Origin: an uncultured delta proteobacterium
GTDB taxonomy: Bacteria > Desulfobacterota > Desulfobacteria > Desulfobacterales > JAFDCJ01
Length of the DNA stretch: 64,000 nucleotides
Assembly (NCBI GenBank): GCA_963769935.1
Contig: CAVYNY010000035.1
Coordinates: forward strand, 64,001 to 128,000
Direction: 5' to 3'
This document shows positions 1-9,522 of this stretch, in pieces; the first letter of the stretch is position 1; the number at the start of each line of letters is the position of its first letter. The notes below the pieces were generated by a model. It made no database searches and was not told the DNA's origin. It saw nothing but the letters and a program-made list of their open reading frames with translations. Position numbers and translations under genes: made by a program.

Positions 1-2
1 TC

Positions 3-428
3 GCTTCGCCGCACCTCTTTTCCATCCAGGGGACCTATATCCATGAAAAACAAAATTGGGACGGAAGTTACAAACTGGGTGACGTAGCCAACCGGAATTC
101 ATCTCTGGATGTCTACAAAGCAAATGCAAACTATTACTACCGCAGTCGCTACGGCGTCTTTGGAGGAAACGTGGCCTACTTTCTGACCGACGGGGACACC
201 GATGATTTGCTGTATTCGCCCGACCCGGTGGACGGCAGCCGTACCGGCTCGCCGGACAGCAGCGGATTCATTTTACAGGGCGACTACGTTTGGCGGGACA
301 AATACAAATTTGTCCTGCAGTACACGATTTATGACAAATTCAACGGCTCGAGTTCAAATTACGATGGGTCGGGTCGGGACGCTTCGGATAACAACACCTT
401 TTATGCGTTGATCTGGCTGATGTTCTGA
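3..428 (+). CDS. C-terminal part (5'-truncated by window edge) of an outer-membrane beta-barrel, resembling Cyc2-like cytochrome c-porin fusion proteins
   Basis: Frame is open from position 3 (ASPHLFSIQGTYIHEKQNW...) to TGA at 428. It has alternating aromatic beta-strands and a terminal Phe (LIWLMF). The tail KFNG..NYDGSGRDASDNNTFY recalls 'cytochrome C' porins. The heme-bearing N-terminus is outside the window. Confidence 0.55.
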   Translation, partial: ASPHLFSIQGTYIHEKQNWDGSYKLGDVANRNSSLDVYKANANYYYRSRYGVFGGNVAYFLTDGDTDDLLYSPDPVDGSRTGSPDSSGFILQGDYVWRDKYKFVLQYTIYDKFNGSSSNYDGSGRDASDNNTFYALIWLMF

Positions 429-458
429 TGAGCCGGTGAGGCTGGATTCGACGGAACC

Positions 459-476
459 GGCCGCCGAAGGGCGGCC
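459..476 (+). other. GC-rich intergenic hairpin without U-tract (possible mRNA-stabilising stem)
   Basis: GGCCGCC-GAAG-GGCGGCC forms a perfect 7-bp stem between the barrel gene and the next CDS. Confidence 0.45.
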
Positions 477-507
477 TCCGCCGCTTCCGGGGTGGAGGAG
501 ATGCATC

Positions 508-1224
508 ATGTTCAATTTTGTCTACGAATTTCTTGCGCGGCTGGGGTACACCCACCCGATCCATCCCACAGAAGTCCACATGCCCATCGGGTTGGTGGTG
601 GCGGCCTTTATATTTGCCTGGATCGCCCTGCTCTTGCGGCGGCCCAACCTGGCGCAAACCGCCCGCACGTGTGTCACCCTTGCCTTTATCTGGATATTTC
701 CGACCATTCTGTTCGGCATTATGGATTGGCAGCACTACTATGCCGGCGCCATGCTGTTTCCGATCAAGATGAAACTGGTTTTCGCTCCGACTCTTTTAGT
801 TCTGCTGGCGGCTGCAGTGATCCTCGGCTATAAAAAAGGCGCCGAATCCAAAGCAGTTTTGGCTATCTACTGCCTCAGTTTCGTGACGGTCATTATTCTG
901 GGCTACTTCGGGGGGCAGCTGGTATACGGTTTAAAAGGCCCGGCGCCGCCCACGGACGTAAAAGCCGGCGCCCAGATATTTTCCGTCAATTGCAAAGGCT
1001 GCCATCCGAACGGCGGCAACATTATCAAACCCAACCTGCCGCTGAGAAGCGCTCCTCAGCTGGCGGATTTAAAAACCTTTGCGAGCTTTATCCGTGCTCC
1101 CAAGATGCCGGACGGCTCGGCGGGAATCATGCCTGCTTTTGCGCCGGCAAAGATCTCCGACAAGCAGGCTAAAGAACTTTATGATTACATCGATCAGGTC
1201 ATCGTACATCCCGTGCGCCAATAA
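508..1224 (+). CDS. DUF2231-like 4-TM membrane domain fused to a C-terminal class I (c6-like) cytochrome c
   Basis: ATG at 508 follows GGAGGAG. HPxxVHxPIGL motif and hydrophobic helices, then CKGCH heme motif, GGNII and a distal Met in IMPAF. Confidence 0.8.
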   Translation: MFNFVYEFLARLGYTHPIHPTEVHMPIGLVVAAFIFAWIALLLRRPNLAQTARTCVTLAFIWIFPTILFGIMDWQHYYAGAMLFPIKMKLVFAPTLLVLLAAAVILGYKKGAESKAVLAIYCLSFVTVIILGYFGGQLVYGLKGPAPPTDVKAGAQIFSVNCKGCHPNGGNIIKPNLPLRSAPQLADLKTFASFIRAPKMPDGSAGIMPAFAPAKISDKQAKELYDYIDQVIVHPVRQ

Positions 1225-1340
1225 CGGATGCAAGCGATACCTTCGGTTGTCGTTGCCGGGCAAACTGCAAGCAATGCGGCCGGTTGACCACATGCGGCGG
1301 TATCGGAAGAACCTCATCACATCCCTGGGAGAAAGCCTCC

Positions 1341-2063
1341 ATGAACATCGACTCGAACGCTCGGGACCCTTTATGGGAGTACAATTTCAGGTCTGATAAG
1401 AGAGCCAGGGTCTATGAGGTCTCGGTTTTTTTGTTTCTGATTGGGCCCTCCATGGCGCTTTCCTTTTTTGCGGTCAAACAGGGTGCGCTGAGCTTTGAGC
1501 TTGTAGCCTGGGCGACCATTCTGCGGGATGCGGCGCTGGTCTGCCTGATTCTTTACTTTCTATGGCAAAACGGTGAGCCGGCAGAACGCATGGGCTGGTA
1601 CTTTAAATATTTTTGGAAAGAACTGGCCATCGGTCTGGGCCTTTTTTTCCCTTTATACTTCGGCGCCGGCCTTCTTGAAGACGTGCTGCAGAAGGCCGGC
1701 TTATCATTGCCGGCGACGCCGGTGCCCTCCTACGTGCTTCCCGGTGACATACCCAAGTTGGTGCTGGGTGTCTTTTTGGTAACCGTCGTTGGGGTGGCGG
1801 AGGAAACGATATTTCGCGGCTACCTCATTATGCGCTTTCAGGATCTGAATACCGGCGCTGCAACGGCGGTTGTGCTTTCGGCCTTTATTTTTTCCATCGG
1901 TCATGGCTACGAAGGGACCGCCGGCGTGATTACGGTCGGTGCGATGGGCCTGGCATTTGCACTGGTCTACCTGTGGCGTCGGAGCCTGATTGCCCCTATG
2001 ATTATGCACTGCCTCGTTGATTTCGTCAGCATCGTTGTGGTGCCCGTGCTTGGGCTGAAGTGA
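1341..2063 (+). CDS. CPBP/CAAX (Abi) family intramembrane glutamic metalloprotease
   Basis: EETIFRG, F-x-x-x-H and H-x-x-x-D motifs in a polytopic membrane protein. Confidence 0.9.
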   Translation: MNIDSNARDPLWEYNFRSDKRARVYEVSVFLFLIGPSMALSFFAVKQGALSFELVAWATILRDAALVCLILYFLWQNGEPAERMGWYFKYFWKELAIGLGLFFPLYFGAGLLEDVLQKAGLSLPATPVPSYVLPGDIPKLVLGVFLVTVVGVAEETIFRGYLIMRFQDLNTGAATAVVLSAFIFSIGHGYEGTAGVITVGAMGLAFALVYLWRRSLIAPMIMHCLVDFVSIVVVPVLGLK

Positions 2064-2318
2064 GTTAAACCTAAAATGATCGGTTCTATGTTCAGGGTTC
2101 TGGGTTCAAAGGTTATAGGACGCCGCTTTCCGCAACTTTATGCTTTTTTTTGAATGATGCGCTTTCACCCATTGGCTGGAATGTCGCATTGGGCCCGATT
2201 GATGTGATCTAAGATGAGTAGAGGCCGGTTCGGACAGCTTTACCAGGAACCGTGAGTTCCGTAGGGGATGGAAACCGCTCAACCTATGTTAAAAAAAAAT
2301 GTGTCGTTTTGCGATCCG

Positions 2319-3017
2319 TCAGGCTCCCTGGTCTTGGCGGGAAAAAACAGCAGCTAAAAGCACAGCCAGAATTCCGGTCATGAAAATTCCATCAAAGGTT
2401 CCGGCCCCGCCGATGGACGCAACCGGCGCACCCAGTCCCTGAAGGTTGCTTATATTCAGCAGATCGGCACCGATCAGCGTTCCCAATGAACCGCTGATGT
2501 AAGCCAGGGCCGGGGCAAACTGACGGGAAATCAAAATTGCTGCGCCGGTGGCCGCCAGGGGGGGAATGAAAATCGGTTCGGCAATGCCCACCCCGTGAAC
2601 AGGGTGAGCGACATGGTGGACGATCAGTGTGACGATGACGATGGCCAACAGCCCTTGGTAAATGAGCCGGTTTTTTACCAGCAGGTAGATGGAGAGAACG
2701 GCAGGTATTACAGCCCCCCCGAAGTTGACGGCGATGACCGTGCCCGGCCAATGGGTCACAAAGGGGATAACGTGCCGAATACCCCAGAAAGTAATCTGTC
2801 CGCCCGCGTAAAGTGTTTCGGGGGGCAGTTGATAAACGGGTATATTTATATAGCTTCCAAGCAAGGATAGAAGCAGCAGCCCAAAGATATAGCGCCGGTT
2901 GATTCCTAATCTTTGGTAGGCATATCCCAGGATTCCGATCTCGATTAGAATCAGCAGCACCGCAAAAATGAAAAAAAGCACAAGCAGAAAAGGAAGCGTG
3001 ATGGGAAAATAATGCAT
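2319..3017 (-). CDS. DUF1614 domain membrane protein
   Basis: GSYINIP, AVNFGGAVIP, GTLIGADLLN and SIGGAGTFDGIF motifs. Confidence 0.85.
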   Translation of the reverse strand: MHYFPITLPFLLVLFFIFAVLLILIEIGILGYAYQRLGINRRYIFGLLLLSLLGSYINIPVYQLPPETLYAGGQITFWGIRHVIPFVTHWPGTVIAVNFGGAVIPAVLSIYLLVKNRLIYQGLLAIVIVTLIVHHVAHPVHGVGIAEPIFIPPLAATGAAILISRQFAPALAYISGSLGTLIGADLLNISNLQGLGAPVASIGGAGTFDGIFMTGILAVLLAAVFSRQDQGA

Positions 3018-3032
3018 GGTTTACTCCGTCCC

Positions 3033-3677
3033 TCAGAAAAATATCAGATTGTTCAGCAGAAAGTCCCTTACCGCAAATAACACCACGCTGAATATGTTCC
3101 ACAAAGCGGGTATATTAATAACTAAAATCAGAATGATGAAACCGGCTCCGGTGCGACCGAGCATCTCATAGCTGCTGCGCAGCTCCCGGGGCAGCAGGTA
3201 TTTGAAAAGATGACTGCCGTCCAGCGGCGGGATGGGAATCAGATTGAACATCGCCAGCACGATGTTCAGGAGCGCAGCGTGTACCAGCACATAGACCGCT
3301 GCTGAACCGGTAAAATTAGCGGAAACGATGTGAACCAGGTTGAGCATTAGGATCATTATCACGGCGATCAGGAAATTTACGGCGACACCGGCAACCGAGA
3401 CACAGATGTCTCCCAGCACCGGTCGCCGGTAGTTGCGGGGATCTACGGGTACCGGTTTTGCCCCGCCGATGATAAACGTCCCACTGGATAGAAAGTAGGC
3501 GATGACGGGTATCGCGATGGTCCACAGCGGATCGATATGGGCAATGGGGTTTAGCGTAATACGACCTTGACGTTGGGCCGTGTGGTCTCCGAACAGCAGC
3601 GCGACATAACCGTGCGCTATTTCATGGAGCACGATACTTTCCACCAGGAGCGCAATTATAAAAATTTTTACTGTCAT
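3033..3677 (-). CDS. Site-2 protease (peptidase M50) family protein
   Basis: HEIAH zinc motif, TLNPIAHID and FNLIPIPPLDG. Start placed at MTVKIF. Confidence 0.92.
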   Translation of the reverse strand: MTVKIFIIALLVESIVLHEIAHGYVALLFGDHTAQRQGRITLNPIAHIDPLWTIAIPVIAYFLSSGTFIIGGAKPVPVDPRNYRRPVLGDICVSVAGVAVNFLIAVIMILMLNLVHIVSANFTGSAAVYVLVHAALLNIVLAMFNLIPIPPLDGSHLFKYLLPRELRSSYEMLGRTGAGFIILILVINIPALWNIFSVVLFAVRDFLLNNLIFF

Positions 3678-3935
3678 CGTATCCTCTTTGCATTGCCGAC
3701 GGCCTTCAACTCGCGCGGGGCCAAGTTGGCGATCCAAGCCGGCATCGGTATCATGGCAACCTGTCCCAGCGGGGATTCAAGCGCCCTGTCCACGCAGACT
3801 GTAAGACCTTGGATGATTAAGAGGTATCGGCGCTGGTCTGATATTCAGGTAAGATTTCAGCCCGATTTGCTGTAGAAGTTTGTCTGACAATAGATAAGGA
3901 TAACGAAGAGCCAGCCGCATTTCAGGCTAAAGGTT

Positions 3936-4568
3936 TTAATCCACAAGCTTATTCTGGACGGCATAATGGATCAATTCGGCGTTGTTTTTCATGTCCATTT
4001 TTTCAAGAATGCGCGAGCGGTAGGTGCTGACGGTTTTGACGCTCAGCGCGAGCTCATCGGCGATTTCCGTGACGGTTTTGCCGGATGCCAGCATACACAA
4101 GACCTGATATTCCCTGTCCGACAGCACCTCATGGGGCAATTCTTCAAAGTCGGCCTCTAATTGGAAGGCCAGCTTTTCGGCAATTGTAGGGCTGATGTAT
4201 TTGCCGCCGCGATTCACTTTGCGGATCGCGTTGATCAATTCTTCCGGGGCGCTCGTTTTGGTGACATAGCCTGAGGCGCCGGCCTTTAATACGCGCAGGG
4301 CATATTGGCTTTCAGGGTGGATGGACAAAATAATCACCGGCACTTTGGGCTTTTCAATCTTCAGCTGTTTGAGCACATCCAGGCCGTCGATATGCGGCAT
4401 CGTGATGTCCAGAATAACGACGTCGAAATTTTCCGTCCTAGTTTTATGCAACAGCTGGCGGCCGTCGCCGGCTTCATCGGCAACGCTCATATCGGCAGCC
4501 TCGGAGATAATCTGTTTCATACCGGCCCGCACGATGGGGTGATCATCGGCAATAATGATTTTAATCAT
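3936..4568 (-). CDS. NarL/LuxR-family response regulator
   Basis: Receiver domain (DDH, LDITMP, K) plus LuxR HTH (LSDREYQV...LSVKTVSTYR). Confidence 0.95.
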   Translation of the reverse strand: MIKIIIADDHPIVRAGMKQIISEAADMSVADEAGDGRQLLHKTRTENFDVVILDITMPHIDGLDVLKQLKIEKPKVPVIILSIHPESQYALRVLKAGASGYVTKTSAPEELINAIRKVNRGGKYISPTIAEKLAFQLEADFEELPHEVLSDREYQVLCMLASGKTVTEIADELALSVKTVSTYRSRILEKMDMKNNAELIHYAVQNKLVD

Positions 4569-6354
4569 GGCGCTGCTTCCTTTCAGAGATGGGCATCTTT
4601 ACCGTCAGGCGCGTCCCCGCATTGCGGGTGCCGGTGATCGTCACCGCGCCTCCCAACGAGCGCGCCCTTTCTTTTACTCCGATCAGGCCGAATGACCTCG
4701 AATCGACAATGGATGCTTCGGTAATCCCTACGCCGTTGTCCTGAATTTCCAGAAGCAATAGGCCGTCTTTTTCGTTGATTCTTATTTCAACCTTGGTCGC
4801 CTCGGCATGGCGGATGACATTTGTCAGAGACTCCTGGACGATACGGAAAAGATTCGTGGATTGTTCCTTGTTTAAAAAGAATTCATCCGGATTAAAGACG
4901 GTTTTGCATTCGATGCCGGTCCGCTTTTGAAATTCTTCCGCCTGCCATTCAATTGCGGCCGGAAGTCCGAAATCGTCCAAAATACCGGGGCGCAAATCCT
5001 CTGAAACTTTGCGCACCGTTTGAACGGTATCGTCAATTAATACGACCATTGTTCTCAGTTTTTCACGGATGATGTCCCGTTCTCCCGTCAACTTGTTGCT
5101 CAGCCAGGCTATATCGATTTTCAGCGCCGTCAATGACTGCCCCAGATCATCGTGAATCCGGCGCGCAATCCGTGTTCTCTCTTCTTCTCTCACTTCCTGC
5201 AGGTGCGTGGAAAGGTTGCGAAAAAGTTCCTGTGACCGCTTGAGTTCGTTTTCCGCCCGCCGGCGCTCCGCCCGGCGCTGTTCAAGCGCCACGGCCATTT
5301 CGTCAAAGGCCTTGGCCAACTGGCTGAGTTCATCCCTCCCATAGGGCAAACCGGTACGGGTGCTCAACTCGCCGGCAGCCAGCCGTCGGCTGGCTTGCAC
5401 GATCGTTTTTATCTGGCGTAAAATAAAAAGCTCACCGCCAAACCAGGCGGCCAGCATTGCCGCCAGCGCAACGATTCCAAGCAGCATCAGGTTGCGCAGA
5501 AGAATTCGGTTGGAATCGGCGAAGGCGTACCTTTCGGGCAGGCCGAGAACCACATAAATCTGCCGGTTCCTGAGAGAACTGTGTACAGGAGCAAACGCAT
5601 AAATGAAAGGCTTGCCGCGAGCACCGGGGGCTCTAATAGTGCCTCTTTTTTGAGACAGGATTTCTTTGATGAGGGAGTTGCCCAGCATCGTTTGCCCGCG
5701 CCCCTGATCCGATTCAGGCTGACGCATCAGGACCACGCCGTTTTCGTCGATCTGTGTGATCGTGAAATCTTCGGGCAATTGATCCTCGATGTCGAATTTG
5801 TGCTGATTAAGCCATTGCAGATCCAGGGCCGCGAAAACCACCGCGCGGGTGCCCGCGGCGGTGTTAATGACGGGATAGGAAAGGACCAATACAGGCTTGC
5901 CGGTAATGCGGCCGACGTGATAATCGCTGACCACGAAATCGCCGGTTTCAACTGCGCGCCGAAACCAGGGCTGATCGCTGGTATCGGGTGCCTGCTGGAA
6001 GGGAACCGCACTGCAATAAACCTTGCCGTCGGGGTTTACGGCCCCCAGGTTGGCATAGCGTCGGAACTGTTTGAGAAGATCGCCGCAAAAAGCATTGCAG
6101 TCGGCTGGATTGGTATTTTCTGTTTGAATAAATCTTGCCAGAGCGATGAGTATTTGACGGGCGCCCTGAAGTATCTGCTCTTCTTCATGGGCGATAAACT
6201 CGGCCAGCTGCAAGACATTTTTCTGAATCCCGGCAACTGCCAGCTCCCTTTGCTCGGAGGCGGTATACACGATCAGTCCCCACGCCGGGATTACGGCAAC
6301 CAGAACGAGAAGCATCAGGCGTACGCGCACAGATTTCAGGGCAAAAAGTTGCAT
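4561..6354 (-). CDS. Sensor histidine kinase (Cache-HAMP-HisKA_3-HATPase)
   Basis: Two TM helices around a periplasmic Cache-like domain, HAMP, EERTRIARRIHDDLGQ, ESLTNVIRHA, DNGVG and FGLIG. Overlaps the regulator start. Confidence 0.93.
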   Translation of the reverse strand: MQLFALKSVRVRLMLLVLVAVIPAWGLIVYTASEQRELAVAGIQKNVLQLAEFIAHEEEQILQGARQILIALARFIQTENTNPADCNAFCGDLLKQFRRYANLGAVNPDGKVYCSAVPFQQAPDTSDQPWFRRAVETGDFVVSDYHVGRITGKPVLVLSYPVINTAAGTRAVVFAALDLQWLNQHKFDIEDQLPEDFTITQIDENGVVLMRQPESDQGRGQTMLGNSLIKEILSQKRGTIRAPGARGKPFIYAFAPVHSSLRNRQIYVVLGLPERYAFADSNRILLRNLMLLGIVALAAMLAAWFGGELFILRQIKTIVQASRRLAAGELSTRTGLPYGRDELSQLAKAFDEMAVALEQRRAERRRAENELKRSQELFRNLSTHLQEVREEERTRIARRIHDDLGQSLTALKIDIAWLSNKLTGERDIIREKLRTMVVLIDDTVQTVRKVSEDLRPGILDDFGLPAAIEWQAEEFQKRTGIECKTVFNPDEFFLNKEQSTNLFRIVQESLTNVIRHAEATKVEIRINEKDGLLLLEIQDNGVGITEASIVDSRSFGLIGVKERARSLGGAVTITGTRNAGTRLTVKMPISERKQRHD

Positions 6355-6376
6355 TGCTTTAAATTATCGCTGGGCC

Positions 6377-6712
6377 TCAGTCTATGAATTCGGCAATTGC
6401 GCTGTGTTTGCGCTTGATCTCAGATATAAGTTTATCCTGTCGATGCAGCCGTATGATTGCTCTGATAATTAAATAGGATCCCAATAAGATCAGTGCGGCG
6501 CATAGAATCAGGAGCGGCACGAGCAGGTGCACCACCTGGATGATATCGTAGTATTTTGAGGTGGCGATCAGGACGCTCATGACTGTGAGCGGCAGGGCAA
6601 AAACGGCGATTCCGGTGCGCAGGGCCGCCAGGGATGTTCTCTTTTCGGCGAGAAGCAGCTGAACTTCATTAATAATTATCGTTTCCGGTATGGGTGTGAC
6701 GTCGCACTCCAA
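6377..6712 (-). CDS. Small membrane protein, DUF202-like
   Basis: LAEKRTSLAALRTG motif followed by two hydrophobic helices. Start is uncertain. Confidence 0.7.
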   Translation of the reverse strand: MECDVTPIPETIIINEVQLLLAEKRTSLAALRTGIAVFALPLTVMSVLIATSKYYDIIQVVHLLVPLLILCAALILLGSYLIIRAIIRLHRQDKLISEIKRKHSAIAEFID

Positions 6713-6816
6713 ACTATTCTCCCCTGTAATTGTCTATCGTTGGCCTTTGTCGGCGGATACAGTCCGTCCACTAAATGGCTTGCCTATCATATTGCGTGAT
6801 AATTTACAATTTTATT

Positions 6817-6835
6817 TGTAGGATAAAAATCTACA
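6817..6835. promoter_or_regulatory. Candidate NarL/LuxR-type operator in the divergent promoter region
   Basis: Imperfect palindrome TGTAG-N9-CTACA. A related 19-mer, TGTAGAAGTTTGTCTGACA, lies at 3871-3889. Confidence 0.4.
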
Positions 6836-6952
6836 GCCGAAAAAGCCGGTGTCCTACATCAATATGGGAAAAATACTGATGTACAATTATCGAGGCACGA
6901 TTTATCCTTCACTATCGAAATGAGTGAACGTTCTAAAAAAAGGAGATGTAGC

Positions 6953-7411
6953 ATGGAAGATTTCAAACGAATTCTGGTAGTTAGCAGATCCACCAAAAAT
7001 TGCAAAAAAGCCGTACATTATGGAATAGCACTTGCCAGACAGTTCAATGCCAAATTATATGTAATGCATGTAATTCATGACCCCTTCAGCGTTGACGGAT
7101 GGAACCTGCCGGTTCCTTCCTTGAAGCAAGAATACGAAAATCTTGCAAAAAAAGCCAGAGAAGAAATAGACCGCATCATAAACTCCGAAAAAGCTGACGG
7201 TCTCGATATTACAGAATGGATTCGGGACGGCAAACCGAGTGAGGAGGTCCAGGCGGCCATTAAAGAAGAGAAAATTGATCTGGTCATTATTTCAGCCCAT
7301 GAAGAAGGAAGGCTCGAACATTTTTTGTTCGGTCGCACCGTCGAAGGACTCACCCGCAAAATGCCCTGTTCCGTTTTACTGGTAAATTACAACCCGTATC
7401 ACAAGGTCTGA
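6953..7411 (+). CDS. Universal stress protein (UspA family)
   Basis: ATG after AGGAGA. ILVV...LYVMHV...GKP..E...DLVII...FLFGRT...PCSVL pattern. Confidence 0.9.
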   Translation: MEDFKRILVVSRSTKNCKKAVHYGIALARQFNAKLYVMHVIHDPFSVDGWNLPVPSLKQEYENLAKKAREEIDRIINSEKADGLDITEWIRDGKPSEEVQAAIKEEKIDLVIISAHEEGRLEHFLFGRTVEGLTRKMPCSVLLVNYNPYHKV

Positions 7412-7543
7412 GAGGTGATTTTACCCGAAAAAATTTAGAGTTAACCTTTTTCCAGTTTGCCAAGTTTGAAAAGAGGGGTTGAATATTCAGGCACGGGCGC
7501 CACGCAAGGGTTTCTACTTTTTTTTATCACCGCAGAAATCTTC

Positions 7544-9478
7544 ATGTGCGCTGCTCAGCCAAAACATAGAACGGAGGGTATAAAAATCGACCCCAATGAA
7601 ACGCCTAAAAACTATAGCGGTCGACAGCTTGTGCGGCTTTCTTTGTCCGCGCTGGGTGTTGTTTTCGGGGACATCGGCACAAGTCCGCTCTACGCCATTC
7701 GTGAGTGCTTTCATGGAGAATACGGCATCGCCGCAACCCGAGAAAACCTGCTCGGTGTTCTCTCGCTTATGCTGTGGTCCCTGCTGACGGTGGTCAGCTT
7801 TAAATATCTTGCCTTCGTTTTCAGAGCAGACAACCATGGTGAAGGCGGCGTCATCGCGCTCACGGCGCTGCTGAAGTCCAAAGATGTCAGCCTAAAAAGA
7901 TCCCGCCGGGCGCTGATGGGTTTGGGTCTTTTTGCGGCCTGCCTGCTCTATGGTGACGGCATGATCACCCCGGCCATATCCGTTCTAAGCGCCATCGAAG
8001 GCGTCCGGATCATTACACCGCTTTTCAAGCCCTTTGTTGTGCCCCTGACAATTATAATCCTGGGCGGACTTTTTCTCCTGCAGCGCCGGGGCAGCGCGCG
8101 GGTGGGAATTCTTTTCGGACCGGTCATTCTCCTCTGGTTTTGTGTGCTTGGCGTTTTAGGATCCATCCAGATCGTGCGTTCTCCCCAGGTTCTTGCGGCC
8201 GTATCACCCTGGTATGCCGTTAATTTTTTTCTAGTGAATAAAGGACACGGTTTTGTCGTTCTGGGTGCCGTCTTTCTGGTGGTTACCGGAGCAGAGGCAC
8301 TTTACGCCGACATGGGTCATTTCGGCAAACAGCCGATTCGGTTGACATGGATCATTCTGGTACTTCCGGCGCTTGTCTTGAACTATTTCGGCCAGGGCGC
8401 CCTGCTGATAGGCCGGCCGGAAGAGGTCCACCATCCTTTCTACGCCTTGGTCCCGGCTTGGGGGCTGATACCAATGGTGCTTTTATCGACCATGGCCACC
8501 ATCATCGCATCCCAGGCCGTGATTACCGGCTCTTTTTCTTTAACCCGTCAGGCCATTCAATTGGGCTATCTTCCCCGCATGAAAATCACTCATACTTCCG
8601 CCGCTCAGGCCGGCCAGATTTATGTCGCTCCGGTAAACTGGCTGCTTATGGTGTGCACCATCGGCCTGGTACTCGGCTTCCAATCTTCCAGCGGCCTCGC
8701 CGCAGCCTACGGCGTAGCGGTAACATCGACCATGCTGATCACCACGATCCTTTTTTACGTGGTTGCACAGCAGAGATTGGGATGGAGCGCGCCGGCGGCG
8801 GGAATAGTATCCGGTTTGTTTCTGCTGGTGGATTTATCCTTTTTCGGTGCCAACATCAGCAAAATTTTTCACGGTGCCTGGTTTCCATTGGCCATCGGCG
8901 CGATGGTCTTTACGCTGATGCTGACCTGGAAACAGGGCCGTGAAATCCTTGCAACCCAGATAAAAAATCTCACCCCGGCATTTGAAAAATTTGTGAAGAG
9001 TCTGGAGAACACCCCCCCGCAAAAGGTCAGCGGTCAGGCTATATTCCTTGCCGGAAATCCGGACCGTGTACCCGCAGCGCTCGTGCACAATCTGACCCAT
9101 AACAAAATCCTGCACTCTGAAATTGCATTTATCCACATTAGAATGGAAGACGTCCCGCGGGTGCCGAATTTGGAAAAGGTCGAGACCGAAAAGCTGGGCG
9201 GTGGTTTTTTTCGCATAATCGCGCATTATGGCTACATGGAAGAGCCGAAAATTGAAAAAATCCTCACCTTGGCATATGAAAAGGGACTGCAATTCAAAAT
9301 GGAAAGTGCGAGCTTTTTTCTGGGCCGGGAGAAATTATCGATCGGGGAAAGCCCCGGAATGAGCCGTCTGCGTAAAAACCTTTTCCTGTTTATGTCGCGC
9401 AATGCCATGGATGCCGCATCCTATTTCGATATCCCGCCGGATAAAGTCATCGAAGTCGGCGTTCAACTGCAACTTTGA
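7544..9478 (+). CDS. kup: KUP/HAK/KT potassium transporter
   Basis: GVVFGDIGTSPLYA, GEGG, YGDGMITPAISVLSA and GAEALYADMGHF motifs. Confidence 0.96.
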   Translation: MCAAQPKHRTEGIKIDPNETPKNYSGRQLVRLSLSALGVVFGDIGTSPLYAIRECFHGEYGIAATRENLLGVLSLMLWSLLTVVSFKYLAFVFRADNHGEGGVIALTALLKSKDVSLKRSRRALMGLGLFAACLLYGDGMITPAISVLSAIEGVRIITPLFKPFVVPLTIIILGGLFLLQRRGSARVGILFGPVILLWFCVLGVLGSIQIVRSPQVLAAVSPWYAVNFFLVNKGHGFVVLGAVFLVVTGAEALYADMGHFGKQPIRLTWIILVLPALVLNYFGQGALLIGRPEEVHHPFYALVPAWGLIPMVLLSTMATIIASQAVITGSFSLTRQAIQLGYLPRMKITHTSAAQAGQIYVAPVNWLLMVCTIGLVLGFQSSSGLAAAYGVAVTSTMLITTILFYVVAQQRLGWSAPAAGIVSGLFLLVDLSFFGANISKIFHGAWFPLAIGAMVFTLMLTWKQGREILATQIKNLTPAFEKFVKSLENTPPQKVSGQAIFLAGNPDRVPAALVHNLTHNKILHSEIAFIHIRMEDVPRVPNLEKVETEKLGGGFFRIIAHYGYMEEPKIEKILTLAYEKGLQFKMESASFFLGREKLSIGESPGMSRLRKNLFLFMSRNAMDAASYFDIPPDKVIEVGVQLQL

Positions 9479-9522
9479 CAGATGTCTCAATCAGCATCTA
9501 TATTTTCGGACTTCCGCCACGA

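Noticed and set aside
7495..7525. CACGCAAGGGTTTCTAC upstream of kup resembles the core of a purine riboswitch
   Set aside because: The flanking P1/P3 stems and loop-loop sequences are missing, the motif runs straight into a T-tract, and the downstream gene is unrelated to purines.
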